Below, piece by piece: positions 12,421-25,686 of a stretch of 64,000 nt of DNA. Positions within the stretch are counted from its first letter, which is position 1, and the number at the start of each line of letters is the position of its first letter. Source of the stretch: Mytilus trossulus (taxonomy: Eukaryota); assembly GCF_036588685.1 (NCBI RefSeq), contig NC_086375.1, positions 17,422,001-17,486,000 of the forward strand. Direction: 5' to 3'. The translations under genes were made by a program, and so were the position numbers. The notes under the pieces are model-generated. The model had not been told where the DNA came from, made no database searches, and worked only from the letters and a program-made list of their open reading frames with translations.

Positions 12421-15400
12421 TCGATAATCCTGTAACAGCGGTACGCTGACTCATGGGCTGGTAATACCATTGGGACGAACGCCCACCAGCAATGGTATCG
12501 ACCAATTTGTGTAAATAGTTATAAAAAAGTAGTAAAAGATGAAAAGAAAAAAAATCACATCACAGGAAAATTCGTCTTCATTCCTAAATAGATATTGTCG
12601 CTGTCTTTGATATGGATGTTTGCTTTATGGAAATATCAAAATGACAACAAGAAGATGTGGTATGATTGTCAATAAAACAATTATCCACCATATACCAAAT
12701 GACGTAGACAAAAGCACATTTGACAAACAACATAATATATCTTTAAACCTTTAAATACTAATACATATATCATTATGATGATTTTATAATAGAGTTTATA
12801 ATCTTAACTTACTTCGTACTTTATGACCTTTATCTATTTCTTGAATTGTTAATTTATAGTACACCTACAATTGTACTGGGTATAGATAAAACGTGACATA
12901 AGTTTTACATGCATGAATTTTTCCAATGTGTAAAGTTATGTTATGTTGATAAAAATATATATCAAAACTATCAGGTCACCCAGTTTGTATTTTGAATCTA
13001 GAAGTTGTAAAAATGAAACAATTTGTAGGAAATATACGAAGTTCACGTAAATAGAACGAACAAAAGATGATAGAACTTGAATATTTGATGTAAGAAGACA
13101 ATAACAATCAAAACCAAGGAGATAAATAAAGACTCACAAAACCAAAGAACATTTACATCAACAGTTATAAATAATAATTAAGAAACAACACAAACTCCAC
13201 TAAAAACTGGGAGTGAAATCAGGTGCTCCGGAAGGGTAAGCTTTTCCTGCACCGTATACATCTAGTATTTTTATAAAATGCTTTCTGCAACTGAAAGAAA
13301 AAATAACAAAACAGTACTTTTTCTTTATATATAACAAAATAGAAAAAAAATGCTGCACATATCTTTACGAAATATAATTATCGGACCTTTTCCACTTATA
13401 AAGCAAACTTTAGACAAATAATTAAATAAACAAAATTATGGTAAATGGTAAATGCAGTTGTTATTACGAGACTAAATCAAATAATTTTCTGAGTTTACAT
13501 AAAACATCTGACACAAATGAATTGCATCCTTAAAGAGTGGACGATCATTTGCTGCTATATCCAAGATGGGGATATGAAACGAAAATAAATAAAACTGTAA
13601 TATAATCAAGAACCATATGTCGAGAAAAGACACATTCAGATTATTTTTGCCAAACAATCCGCTGACCATCTTAAAGTAGCAGTGAGGTGAGAGAATTTTT
13701 GCCGCGTGTTGAAGGCTTCACTGTAAGTTTGAGATGAACAACAGCAATTACATCCCTATCTTTACTTTTTGCTGTGCATATACTAATGGATTGATACCCA
13801 TACACTTTGAATTTCTATTACATAACGCCAAATATGAAAATTAAGTCAAATGGGTTGCATTTTCTAAGACCAGAAATTAAATGTGTGTACTGAATGTACG
13901 ATTTTTTTTATGGAATTTTAATATTTTTTTATGTAAAACATATGTGTATTTAAATTGCACGAAAATGCCAAAATCACAAGAAAAAGATTGTTTTCACAAA
14001 ACCTCTCTAGGATGAAAAAACTCAGGTTAACAAGTGCACAGGTACAACGCGGTGAATAAAAATGACAATAACAAGATCACGTAATCGGGTATATATGAGT
14101 ACGTGTACTAATATCTACTAAGAGGATTAACAGTCTGGTATTTATGTTAAATATGTCCTTTAGACCAACGGTATATTTCTAAGTAGGGTTAATATTATAC
14201 CGGTGATCTGGATAACAAATGAGGTAACGAACTATGTTTATATACAACAATAACAAAATTGTTCTACGATTCTGTTACAATTTCTGTTGTCAAAATATAT
14301 ATATGCTCACGACATGCAAGAATAGCAGAAGTTAAAAGGGATTAATATAAGTTATAAAACTTGTTTCCCAATCCACTATAACTAAATATTTTAAAACTAA
14401 GCAAAAGTCCAGTTCAGTTCAATATTGATGTCAGAAACTAATAAGCACTGAACAATTACTAACATTAAACATACCTTGAGATAAATACAAGAAACTTTCG
14501 ATACATTTAGAATAATACTAGTATTTTTTTCTTTTTATCGTAATCTAAAAGCTCCCTTTTTTGTTTTCCCATGTTTTAGAAAAAAGCTTGCCCGATTTAC
14601 TTAATTAATCGTGACGTGCACACAGAAATTGGTATCGTACATTATAATACTACAACCGAGTCGGTACCACTACTCATTGCCTGTAAGTACACGAGTGAAC
14701 ATTGCCAAAAGGAACAAATTAGTTGTACTGACATACTTGTAAACGGTAAGGTTATACTACTTTGTAGAACTAAGTGCCGTTCGAGGTGAAATTGAAAGTA
14801 CTAGTCAACATTGTTTAATAAAAAAAACCAACAAAAACATGATAATGGATCAATAATTATATGGAAATACAGAAAATAGACACAATTTACATGTGAAAAT
14901 CCATAACTTCAAAACATCTTCTGAAAGTGTTTCAAACAGCGATGTACTACTGTTGTCTTTATCTTGCATCTTGACATAATGACACTTTCAAGGTTAATCC
15001 ACCATTTTCTACATAAGAAAATGCCTCTTCCAAGTCAGAAATATGAAAGTTGTTTTTGATTCGTTTGATGTGTTGAGCTTTTGTTTTTGCCTTCTGATAA
15101 AGGACTTTTCGGTTTGAATTTCCCATGGAGCTTTTCTTGTTATTTTACTTTTTCCCTCTTTTATCCAATACAATTTTACTTTTTAGAACATATTACAATA
15201 ATTAAAGGAGCAAGATAGTGTGTAGAATATATATTTTTTTTTATATTTAATGTTGACTTCTTCTTGATTTCAGCTATATAAACCAGACGATTTTAGTTCT
15301 GATATTGATCAATTACCCCAACCTTAGTAGCAAAATACTAACTTCGAGAGCAAATAAAACAGGGACGAAAGATACCAGAGGGACAGTCAAATTCATAAAT

Positions 15401-15729
15401 CAAAAATAAACTGACAATGCCATGGCTAAAAATGAAAAAAGACAAACAGACAAACAATAGTACACATGACACAACGTAGAAAACTAAAGAATAAGCAACA
15501 CGAACCCCACTAAAAACTAGGGGTGATCTCAGATGCTCTGTGAGGTTAAGCAGATCCTGTCCACACGTGGCACCCGTCGTGTTGCTTATGTGATAACAAA
15601 TCCGGTAAATAGTTTTATTCGGTAAATATACTTTTACCAACTCATTCGGTATTCAAAAAAGCTTGCATCAGCTACACATACTTTGTAAAAGGTCACCAGT
15701 GTCTAACCAAAACGTTGCTGAACCAAGGT

Positions 15730-15890
15730 TATTTGGCACAACTTTTTGGAAATTTGGGTCCTCAATGCTCTTCAACTTTGTATTTGTTTGGCTTTTTAAC
15801 CGTTTTGATATGAGCGTCACTGATGAGTCTAATGTAGACGAAACGCGCGTCTGGCGTATTAAATTATAATCCTGGTACCTTCGATAACTA
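15730..15890 (+). mobile_element. Retrozyme 3' portion with intact hammerhead
   Basis: Reverse complement of the 12026 and 55478 copies. Confidence 0.8.
15814..15857 (+). ncRNA. Type I minimal hammerhead ribozyme
   Basis: Stem I GCGTCA/TGGCGT, CTGATGA 15820-26, stem II GTCTA/TAGAC, GAAA 15840-43, palindromic stem III, GTC cleavage after 15851. Confidence 0.85.
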
Positions 15891-17683
15891 TGCTTAAAAA
15901 CGCGCGACGTATGCAGCAAATCGTTGTGTTAGTTTTTGCACTACCATATGAACCTTATCTCTAGATGACCCCTATATCCAATCGTTTTTTTTACACATAT
16001 ATCGTTTGTAAGTTAAAAAAGTGTTGATTTGAACAATTTTTGAATGAATGTATACCAAGCCACTGAACATTGATCACCCGTACATAATATAGGATAACGT
16101 TGTACTTGATCCAACAGGCAAACACAAATGCAAAAAGACAAACATATAAAACTTTCCAAAATGAAACTCCTGATACTGTTTAGGTGTTAAACTACCAATT
16201 CAAAATCCCTATTTATTGAACAAAATTTGCATTTTCACAACTTTCTTAACTGTGGTTAAGAAGGAATGGGTGTTTAAAGTTTAGAAAAAATGCTCAATAA
16301 TGTCCAACAAGTGACTTTAAGCCAAACAAAAGCGGCGTACACAATATTATCAAAACAAGTCGCGAATGCAATAATACCAGTTGTAGAAGCTTATGTATAG
16401 ATTATTGTATGATTAACAATTTAACATCTAGTGATGCGTACCCTATGCTACCAACTTGATGAAAACTTTTGACCGTATTTAAATTTATTTTAAACTTCAG
16501 TCTTGCTTAATATTAGCATTTAAGTGTAGACAGCTTTCAGACAAAGGCAAATATTACAATAACATTCTTTAAAGGAGAACAAATAAATGTACCAGTAGTA
16601 TACTGCTGTTAAAAAGTCATAAATTAATTGAAATAAACAAATCCAGGTTACTCACTCAGTAGTTATCAAAGGTACCAGGCTTGTATTTGTTACGCCAGAC
16701 GAGTGTTTCGTCTAAATAAGACTTGAAGATAAAACAAAGTTAGAAAAAGAAGAAAACCTTGTCTAATGGCTAACCTCCCGCTTAAATGGCAATGTAAAAA
16801 ATATTATTAAGATGACAAATATGTTTGACAGCTGTTTGATGATGTGACGACGTCATAACTATTTGGACTTTAGAAGATTTATCATAACAAAACAGTGCTA
16901 GAATTTATGTATATACTCTTGTATGGTTGATAATTTAACATCTCGTGATGCGTATCATAAACTAGGAACTTAGTGAAGTCTGTGCACCGGATTTGTATTG
17001 CTTTTTATTTTCAATCTTGCTTACTAATGGCATATAGAGGCAAGCAGTTCTTCAGACAGAGGCCAACATTATTAGAAAATCCTTTTATGAGAAATAAATG
17101 GTTGTTGGTAGATCAATTGTTAACTCTTATTATCAAGATTTCGATATATCCCCAGATTATAACATTTGTAAAACATAAAAAATATCTGAACTTTCCTGTC
17201 TGAGATTAATCCTAGATTTTATTTTAAGGTGCATGACTTACAGTGTACTCAATTTATTAACCTCAGACAATCTGTTAAATCCCATGAAAACACTTACAAT
17301 AATAATCTGAAACGGCAGAGTAAAAGACTCAACCAACAACCTGATTTGATATTGATGAGACAACACTATGGAAACCGTTCTAACTGGTGATGCATCTAAA
17401 AAAACTTCGTAAATGAATCTGCTCTATCCGACGAAACAGATACAACAAACGATTTGCAAATAATTTTTTTTCTGTTGAGACAAAAACTACGATAGGTTCA
17501 AAAACATCTGACGTGATAACCGGAACTGAAATTATTGAATCTAATGAAACACACATTATAACAATACTTATTTTGAAAATCGATTGAAACTGAAGACACA
17601 CATTCAAGCTACTAGTTTAATTTGATGAGACAATCTTATTAAAGGACACTTAAGTTCACCCACAACTGTGTTAACCGATTTAA

Positions 17684-18273
17684 GGTGGCTGGGGCGTCTT
17701 AATTAAAACTGACAGAATTTTTTTATAACTTGTGAAAATAAAGCTTTTATCATGCTTTTTTCAAAACTGTATTAAAAAGTATGGGTCACCGGACTTTTTT
17801 TCACGCTACAGGTTGCGCAAAATTGTCAGATTTTGTATAGATTATTCATGGAAAATTAAATTTTGTGTGATATAACTAAAACGTACTATAAGAACTTTAA
17901 GATAAAATGTGAGAATATTGCTCTTATAACATGCTTTCAAATAAGCAAAAGAAAAAATGGGGTCACCGAACTTGTTTTCTTGCTACATATCGAAATAGGT
18001 AAATTCATAACACTTTCTATTGTAATATTTACTTTATCGGAGTTATCTCCCCTTATTTGGCAAAGTTTGAAAAAATCTAATCAAACACAAACAAGGCGTT
18101 TTTACAAAATTACAACTGAAATTATGTTAAAACACACAATTTTCTATATTTATATCAAAAGTCTTTTACATAATTTACATACAACTCTCAAAATTTGCAC
18201 ATTTCATCAAATATATAGACCAAAGATATCTGCTTTTTTAAAATCCAAGATGGAGGAAGACATCCGAGCCACC
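17684..18273. mobile_element. Non-autonomous DNA transposon, Kolobok-type (TTAA target duplication, GG...CC termini)
   Basis: TTAA|GGTGGCTGGGGCGTCTT ... AAGACATCCGAGCCACC|TTAA. Confidence 0.75.
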
Positions 18274-19134
18274 TTAAGCCGATGAAACAATCTAATGAAA
18301 CATATGTGTACATCTGTTTTACCTAAAGATTTCTCTTGCAGGGTATTTTATTTAAACTCTGGCATTGCTATGTTTATATGTTCATACTAACAAGTTCCAT
18401 TAAACAATGTTTTAATATATCCCCAATTTACCTTGTAACATTCTCAAACAATAATAAGACACCAATTTCAGTTCCGACGACACTGGTTTCTGGATTAACA
18501 TGTGTTAGGTCGTATATAGTAAGACACAGTCAAAAGTGTATTTAATGTTAAAACTTATGAGAAAATCGTGTAATACTATGTAAATAAGTTTAATCTAATG
18601 CAAAAATTCAAACAATGTCGTTTAAATCTGTTTATCAAAACAATTCTTTTTAAATCTGTTTGAACTGATACTGTAAGGCGATAGTAGTTAAACCATACAG
18701 AATTTTGGGTCCTCAATGCTATTCAACTTCGTACTTATTTAGCCTTTTTTACAATTTAATTCAAGCTTGACTTTTGTAGAGGAAACGCGCAGATGGACAG
18801 CAAACATTCAAACCTGAGATAGATGTTGAGGTAATTTTACGATGCTCAAATCTAGTAATTCAATTTAATAGAAAGGCAAATCAAGGTAACAAAGAAAAAA
18901 GCGAGGTAAAAGACAAACTAAGATAATACTTTGTAAATGTTTCATATTTGGAGCAATTATACATGTATATGTGATTAAACTGACGAGACTAACTGTAGTA
19001 ATATTGTGACAATTTGTTAAAACTGATGAGACAAATACATACCATTTAAATCGGTTTCAATGGATGAAATGTACACAAAGATACTGTGTGAAATATCTTT
19101 GAGATCGGGATATGATCTAAAATAATGATATAAT

Positions 19135-19445
19135 TAGTTATCAAAGGTACCAGGATTATAATTTAGTACGCCGGACGCGCGTTTCGTCTAAATAAGACTC
19201 ATCAGTGACGCTCAGACAAAAAAAGTTATCAGGCCAAACAAGTACAAAAATTGAAGAGTATTGAGGACCCAAAATTACCAAAAGTTGTGCCAAATACGGC
19301 TAAGATAATCATTTCCTGGGATAAGAAAATGTCTAGTTGTTAAAAATTCAAAGTTTTGTAACTGAAAATTTATAAAAATGACCATATAATTGATGTTCAT
19401 GTCAGCACCGAAATGCTGACCACTGGGCTGGTGATACCCTCGGGT
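19135..19445 (-). mobile_element. Retrozyme copy, hammerhead at 19168-19211 (one stem I mismatch)
   Basis: Minus strand GCGTCA CTGATGA GTCTTATTTAGAC GAAACGCGCGTC CGGCGT. Confidence 0.8.
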
Positions 19446-20411
19446 ATATAATTCAGTTCGGTCAAATATTCCTGCATCTATTTTTATTGAAGAGATGGAA
19501 GATACCAATGTGACATTTAAACTTCTGTGATAAGCCAAAGGAACTACCATAAAACAAGTAAGTTTACAAAACACTACATAGAGCAGTTAAGACCGAGTAA
19601 CACGAACTCCACAAAAAAGAGAATGTGATGTTCGTGCTCCATAAGGATGAAAAGATCTGGAAATACGGTTTGTTACCGGTGTCCAAACAATTAAATCAGA
19701 ACAATGGTGCACGTGAAACATAAGAGAGATGATATTGTTGTATATTTGCAGTTTTTAGGTGTTCTGATTGTTTTAAATTTTACTTTGTCCCAACAGTTGT
19801 AAATCGAACTGGTGTATTAGTTGTGTTCTTTCATTATCGATTAAAACTATCTTTTTTTCATTATTTTCACGCATGCATTTAGTGTAGATACGTAATAAAC
19901 AGCCAGAGAAAAACATAACCTTGTGCAATGACGAGAGGTATCGACAGATTATAGAGCGATGAATACGCATATGTATAACACAATAATATTCAGTTTGTTT
20001 TTCATTTACTGAAACAACATATCCGTAAAATGAGGAAGTACTATCCCGTTTGAAATAAGTTTTCTATAGATAGTACAAACACATTTCAAAATCGTTTATT
20101 TAAGTCTATGGAAGAATTTAGTAAATGTTTTGAGTAATTTGTGTTAAGGAATCCCTGACTTAATAGCTTAGCAGTAACACATGTGGCATGAAATGAAATA
20201 TTGATGCCAAAAAGTACATTTTCAATCCTATTTTGTATCTAAAAGTTTACAGCTGCGTCTTATTTCGAAAATTTACTTAATGCATGGTTATTTGGATAAT
20301 ATCCCGAATTTTGCTTCATCTGTTTGGTACTTGTTGATGAAAGTTGTAATATGAAACTATGAAAATAACACAAAAAAGAGCGCACAGTTGGTGCACATAG
20401 GAATTTCAATA

Positions 20412-20727
20412 AATAAAAGAGGGACAAAAGATACCAAAGGGACAGTCAAGCTCATAAATCTAAAACAAACTGACAACGCCATGGCTAAAAATGAAAAAGA
20501 CAAACAGAAAAACAAAAGTATACATGACACAACATAGAAAACTAAAGAATAAACAACACGAACCCCACCAAAAACTAGGGGTGATCTCAGGTGCTCCGGA
20601 AGGGTAAGCAGATCCTGCTCCACATGCAGCACCCGTCGTGTTGCCTATGTGATTACAAATCCGGTAAATAGTCTAATTCGGTAGGTCAAATTCATGAAAG
20701 GGAAGGGGATTGTAGTTACGACGTAAG
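20412..20727. repeat. Abundant interspersed repeat; further copies 15355-15624, 22805-22964; degenerate 13085-13258, 19497-19660, 41410-41700
   Basis: Near-identical blocks such as ggggtgatctcaggtgctccggaagggtaagcagatcctgctccacatg; colinear with the tail of the Penelope-like relic at 38400-38640. Confidence 0.8.
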
Positions 20728-21502
20728 ATATGCAACCCTACAGAATTAAAGATCGTTTATACATAACATTGTATTCTATATTATAAGATTCCTTACTTGA
20801 TCAACATGCACCATTGCAATTAGCCAAACCCTGATGTTTACCCTAATATGAAGGTTTCATTTCTAATATATGAACCCGAGGTAACCATATAAGGCAATAC
20901 TAAATATATAGCAAGGAAACAAGACATACTTTATTCTACTTGGGTAAAGTAATGATATAATATATACGGAATTTCGAAATAAAGTGTCAAGGTAAAAGTA
21001 TATGACCAAGCAGTCAATTTAAATGTACTATAAATATAGATACAACATTGACTGTGATACAATTGTGTTTGTTTAATGAAACATTTAAATAAACACCAGT
21101 TTATAATCGAAAGGTAATATGACACATAAAGAACGTAATAAAAGGTGATAAATGTTTGAAAACTTTTAACCGGATAAAGTTACATAATGTTATAATCTAA
21201 TTTTGTGGTTTAATTGTACATATATGACATTCAATACAATGTTAAGATGTGATTAATAAACTTACCATTTTGTCATCACAAGACACATCAAATGCGTTGT
21301 AGGTTAGATTTTTATTGTATGTAAACTACTTTTAATAAGTCAACAATTTTTAACTGTGTGTGGATTTGATCTCGTTATGACATTTGAGTGTTTTGCTTAA
21401 CTTTCTGACTCTTGTGTATTTCGTTTTTTAGAAATGTATATAATGGGCACTGAATTTAGAAACAAACGTTCATATCACGAGGAAACTACACTTTGTGTAT
21501 AT

Positions 21503-21518
21503 GAGAGAGAGAGAGAGA

Positions 21519-21552
<34 letters not shown>
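21503..21552. repeat. (GA)n microsatellite
   Basis: About 25 GA units, one interruption. Confidence 0.95.
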
Positions 21553-21555
<3 letters not shown>

Positions 21556-22327
21556 AGTAAGATGTTATAAGATTACTATTAACATCGAAAAATAGTTAAC
21601 ACGGAAAGACAGCAGAAAAAAAGGATTTTGAATAGATGTACATGACAAAACTATAAAATTCATTTTCTTCGATATAAGTTGAAGTTTTTTTTCTTTATAC
21701 TGTGACAGTTGCTAGAAGGTCTTCAATAATGCTATGTATTGATCTAAAATTTTATTCCATTATGCCAAAATCAAGATGGCCCTTAGCATCGACTTAAGCC
21801 AGGATTAGGTTTAAGGTTAGGGTTAGATAAGGATTCTAATTAGGGTAATGACTACCAAATTTTATTCAATAAGCGATTCTGTTATCGACACGACAGCATG
21901 CAAACATAAAATTTAACAAACAAGAGATTGTCTATGATACTAAAATTAACAATTTTATACATGCCACAAAACCAGGTTCAACCTACCATTTTTTTTTCTT
22001 AAAATATCCTGTGCCAAGTCAGAAAAATGGCCATTGTTATATTATAGTTTGTTTTTGTGAGTGTTACATTTTAGTTATGTCGTAGTTCTCCTCTTATATT
22101 TGTTGCGTTTCCCTCAGTTTTGGTATGTAACCCAGATTTGTTTTTTTTGCACTCGATTATGAATTTCGAACAGCGGTATACTACTATTGCCTTTCTTTAT
22201 AATATGGGTGCGTACAAATAGTTCAACAATACAATTCCATTTTTAGGAAATGAGAATATATATATGTGGTTACAATACAAATCACAGGTTCTAAAATTCT
22301 TTTCATTCCATGGCTTAATTAAATTAG

Positions 22328-22397
22328 AATTTTGCCATTGAAGTGATCTTTACCATTCCTGATGCAAAGCTTCGGATAGGTCTCTGGGACATAGCTG
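22328..22397 (+). pseudogene. Orphan Rab32/38/29-like GTPase exon (switch I to G3 box)
   Basis: Encodes NFAIEVIFTIPDAKLRIGLWDIAG, ungapped against Rab32-type DFALKV...VRLQLWDIAG; splice sites degenerate. Confidence 0.55.
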
Positions 22398-23509
22398 GCA
22401 GAATGAATTGATTTCACTACCACCACAACAAATTCAACAATTGGTCAATTTAATGATAAGACGTTTTGCATAGATGATTCGCGTTAAAGGTGGTTGCACT
22501 CTGATCAGATCATTATTGTGATTATTGTAACAACTTACACGTTTTAAAGTTTTCAAAACAAAAGGAAATGTATTATTGAAGTTTTCTTTTTGTTAGCATC
22601 AAAAGCTCAACATTGTCCATTTTTAGTAATCAATGCATCATCCTGTTCGTAAAAATTAATGCTAATCAAATTCGTCAATTTTCTTCCTGCTTTTCGAAGT
22701 AATAGGGCCTGTTAATTTCAACAAACAAATGGTATTACTTATAAATTTTTCGGTATGTTATCTTACAGAATCTATGACAAACAACACGATTTTAATTTTT
22801 AATTTATGACACAACGTAGAAAACTAAAGAATAAGCAACACGAACCCCACAAAAAACTATGGGTGATCTCAGGTGCTCTTGAAGGGTAAGCAGATCCTGC
22901 TCCACATGTGGCACCCGTCGTGTTGCTTATGTGATAACAATCCGGTAAATAGTTTTATTCGGTAAATATATTTACCAACTCATTCGGTATTCCAAAAAAA
23001 CTTGCAACAGCTACACATACTTTGTAAAACGTCACCAATGTCTAACCAAAACATTGCTAAACCAAGGTTATTTGGCACAACTTTTTTGAATTTTGGGTCC
23101 TCAATGCTCTTCAACTTTGTAATTGTTTGGGTACATAATCATTTTGATCTGAGCGTCACTGTTGAGTCTTATTTAAACGATACGCCTCATTCGTCTTTAT
23201 GCCTTTTTGTTTTTCTTTGATGATATATTAGTTTGTTTTTATATTGATTAAGAATATAACACAATGTTGACTACTCTACTTATATTTTTGACATTTTAAC
23301 CTAAAATTAATTCTAGTATCATATAACTTAACAACAAACACAATTTTTATTATATTATGTAATAAGATGATTTAAACATAAAAATATAACGTTGAAAATT
23401 AAAACTGTTTTGAAGTTTAAAATTCAAACGCTGATTCTGCATTCAAATATTCTTACAAGACAATTTATTTTAACGGGGTTATATTGTTTTCTTTTACAAA
23501 TATGTATAA

Positions 23510-24275
23510 AGTAACATAATAATACACCGATTCGAACTCCGAGGAAAATTACAAACGGAAAGTCCCTTATCAAATGGTAAAAGCAAGGATTTTTATAGTG
23601 TCACTATATAAATCCTTGGCAAAATCAAAAGCCACAACACATCAAACGAAATAACTGTCGTATACCCGACTTGGTTCAGACATTTTTGTATTAAAAAGAT
23701 GGTTATATAGCTTGCTAAACCTCTTCCTTGTATGACAGTCGCCAAAAAAATCAGTAAATTGACAACGATGTGTGAACAAAAAAACACAATTAATTGGTAA
23801 AAAAGTAAAAAAAGTGGAACAGCAGTCAACATTGTGTTATAATCTTCAAGCAAAAAAATATGTTAACAAAGAAAAACAAAAATGCATATATATAGGTAAA
23901 GCACATTAACAAAAAAGAAAGACAAGAATACTAAAATTTACCATAGCACAATAACGGGATGTATAAGTACCCAGCCACGTCAAATGAATATGACCAAAAA
24001 TAGACTTACCAGTAAAATTATCGATATACAAAGACAAAAAAAGGAGTAATATAACAGTTATTAACATGATAAACAACTTCAGTACCTAGAATATATACTT
24101 CAAGACCGTCGTGTATTGTTTGTGAAGTTGATACGAAATATCAACAAGGTATAGGTATCTTCCGATACTATTTTTTATAGAAAATGACGAGACGTTCTTT
24201 GACAAGTTGACAAAATCTGGTTGATCAACTTTTTGCTAAGACACTAGTGACGTTTTACAAAGTCTGAGTAGCAAT
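23510..24275 (-). mobile_element. Second copy of the same Penelope-like 3' tail
   Basis: Colinear with 50808-51605 (gaactccgaggaaaat...gtgacgttttacaaagtctgagtag). Confidence 0.7.
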
Positions 24276-25548
24276 TGTTTATTTACGTTATAAAAACTAG
24301 TCTGTTCATTTGTTGAGCGTTGTGTACAATCTAATTAACATTAAATATCCGCACTCCCTTATTTTTTATGCTTGGTCGTTTTGGAGCTCAGGTGCATGTC
24401 TCGTGGTGTTTTTTTTTGTGCTCAAGTTTCTAATGTTAGCTGTCCATTACCAAATGTTACAGTAATGGCTTTATCGAAATATTACCTTCTTTTTTAATTC
24501 GTTAGTTATAAAAATGGAATTGCACCAAATCAAAAAATTATGACAGAGTTAATCTTCAACAATTTTGGCTTAAATGCTCTCAAACTTTTAATGATATCAA
24601 TGTGTCTCAAGCGTACACGATATTTGTTCCAAAATACACGAGTAGACTGAAGTTGATATAGTATGTTTATGTATATAAAGATAATCAGGTTTTGCTCTTC
24701 TGTCATAAACTATACATATAGTTGCGGCAATCCGCGTGATTTGAACTATTATAGTGAATAGTTGTCTAATTGGTAATCTTTCCATACCTATTTATTTACA
24801 TACAAGTAAATGAATTGTCATCTCATTCTGGGTTAAACTATAAACATTTTTTGTTACTGATATATATCTAATACACCCTCATTAATTACGCGCTGATGAT
24901 CATAACTGCATATTGTTCTTTTTTTCAGTATTTTAGTCATCTGTTAAATCGAAATTGAAGTAATTTGAAAAATTTCCGCATGTTTTAGAAATGACAACAT
25001 TCAATAACAACGTGTTTGTCTAATGAGGGATCTATAGCTAAAGGGAAACAACTGCGAATTGACAGATTGACCTGAGTTGTTAAAATTTCTAAAATGATAT
25101 TGAGGAGACCTTGTTGGTTAAAAAAAGTTACATGACACAATTGAATGACATAAATGCATATTTATTGTATTCAACGTTTAAGTTTTCATTGTGTATAATA
25201 CATAAAAAAAATCACTAGTACTTGTCTCGGAAAGCAGTTACCTATATTATACCTTGCTAAACCTATCGTTATATGTTTATGTAAATGGATAATTTTTCAG
25301 AGACAAGTGACTGTGATAAAAATCAGTAATCTTTTTGCCAAAATCGCAAAAATATCTATTGAAGACAAAAGATTAGAAATAGAAAACGCGTCTCCATGAT
25401 ATGCACTCAGTGGAGGTATATAATGGTAACATCGAATTATCGCTATTTTCTAAGAAATGGAATAGACGGTTGTCCGATTCTGCATGCTCAGTTAATCAGA
25501 GTTTTACAATGTCGGTTTTACGTAGATTTATTACTCTTCACATGTTCG

Positions 25549-25686
25549 TTAACTTTTGCCGCCTATACATTTTGCGCCTTCTGACAAAACAAAGTCATAA
25601 AGTAAACGAAAGTTTTCTTCTGTAGTTTCTGTATAACGGTCTCCTAAAATCTCTGATAATAACCCCATAAAGGTCGGATCCATTGC
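25549..25686 (-). CDS. Globin exon 3
   Basis: ttttcag acceptor; AMDPTF...CIGGKS-stop; candidate AATAAA (minus strand) at 25161-25166. Confidence 0.9.
   Translation of the reverse strand, partial: AMDPTFMGLLSEILGDRYTETTEENFRLLYDFVLSEGAKCIGGKS

Noticed and set aside
12117-12470. ORFs over retrozyme and other repeats (also 15338-15919, 19275-19574, 20357-20632, 55655-55837)
   Set aside because: Chance frames in non-coding repeats; frames are not conserved among copies.
13660-14225. Weak Rab-like snippets (DHLKVAV, QRYIS..RV..YYTG) as further Rab exons
   Set aside because: Require frameshifts and large deletions and the order does not fit; indistinguishable from chance.
17330-19070. CTGATGAG-containing units as a hammerhead array
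   Set aside because: No stem II, GAAA or stem I pairing in the units.
21805-21846. TTAGGG-like run
   Set aside because: Only a few degenerate units; not a telomere or convincing interstitial array.
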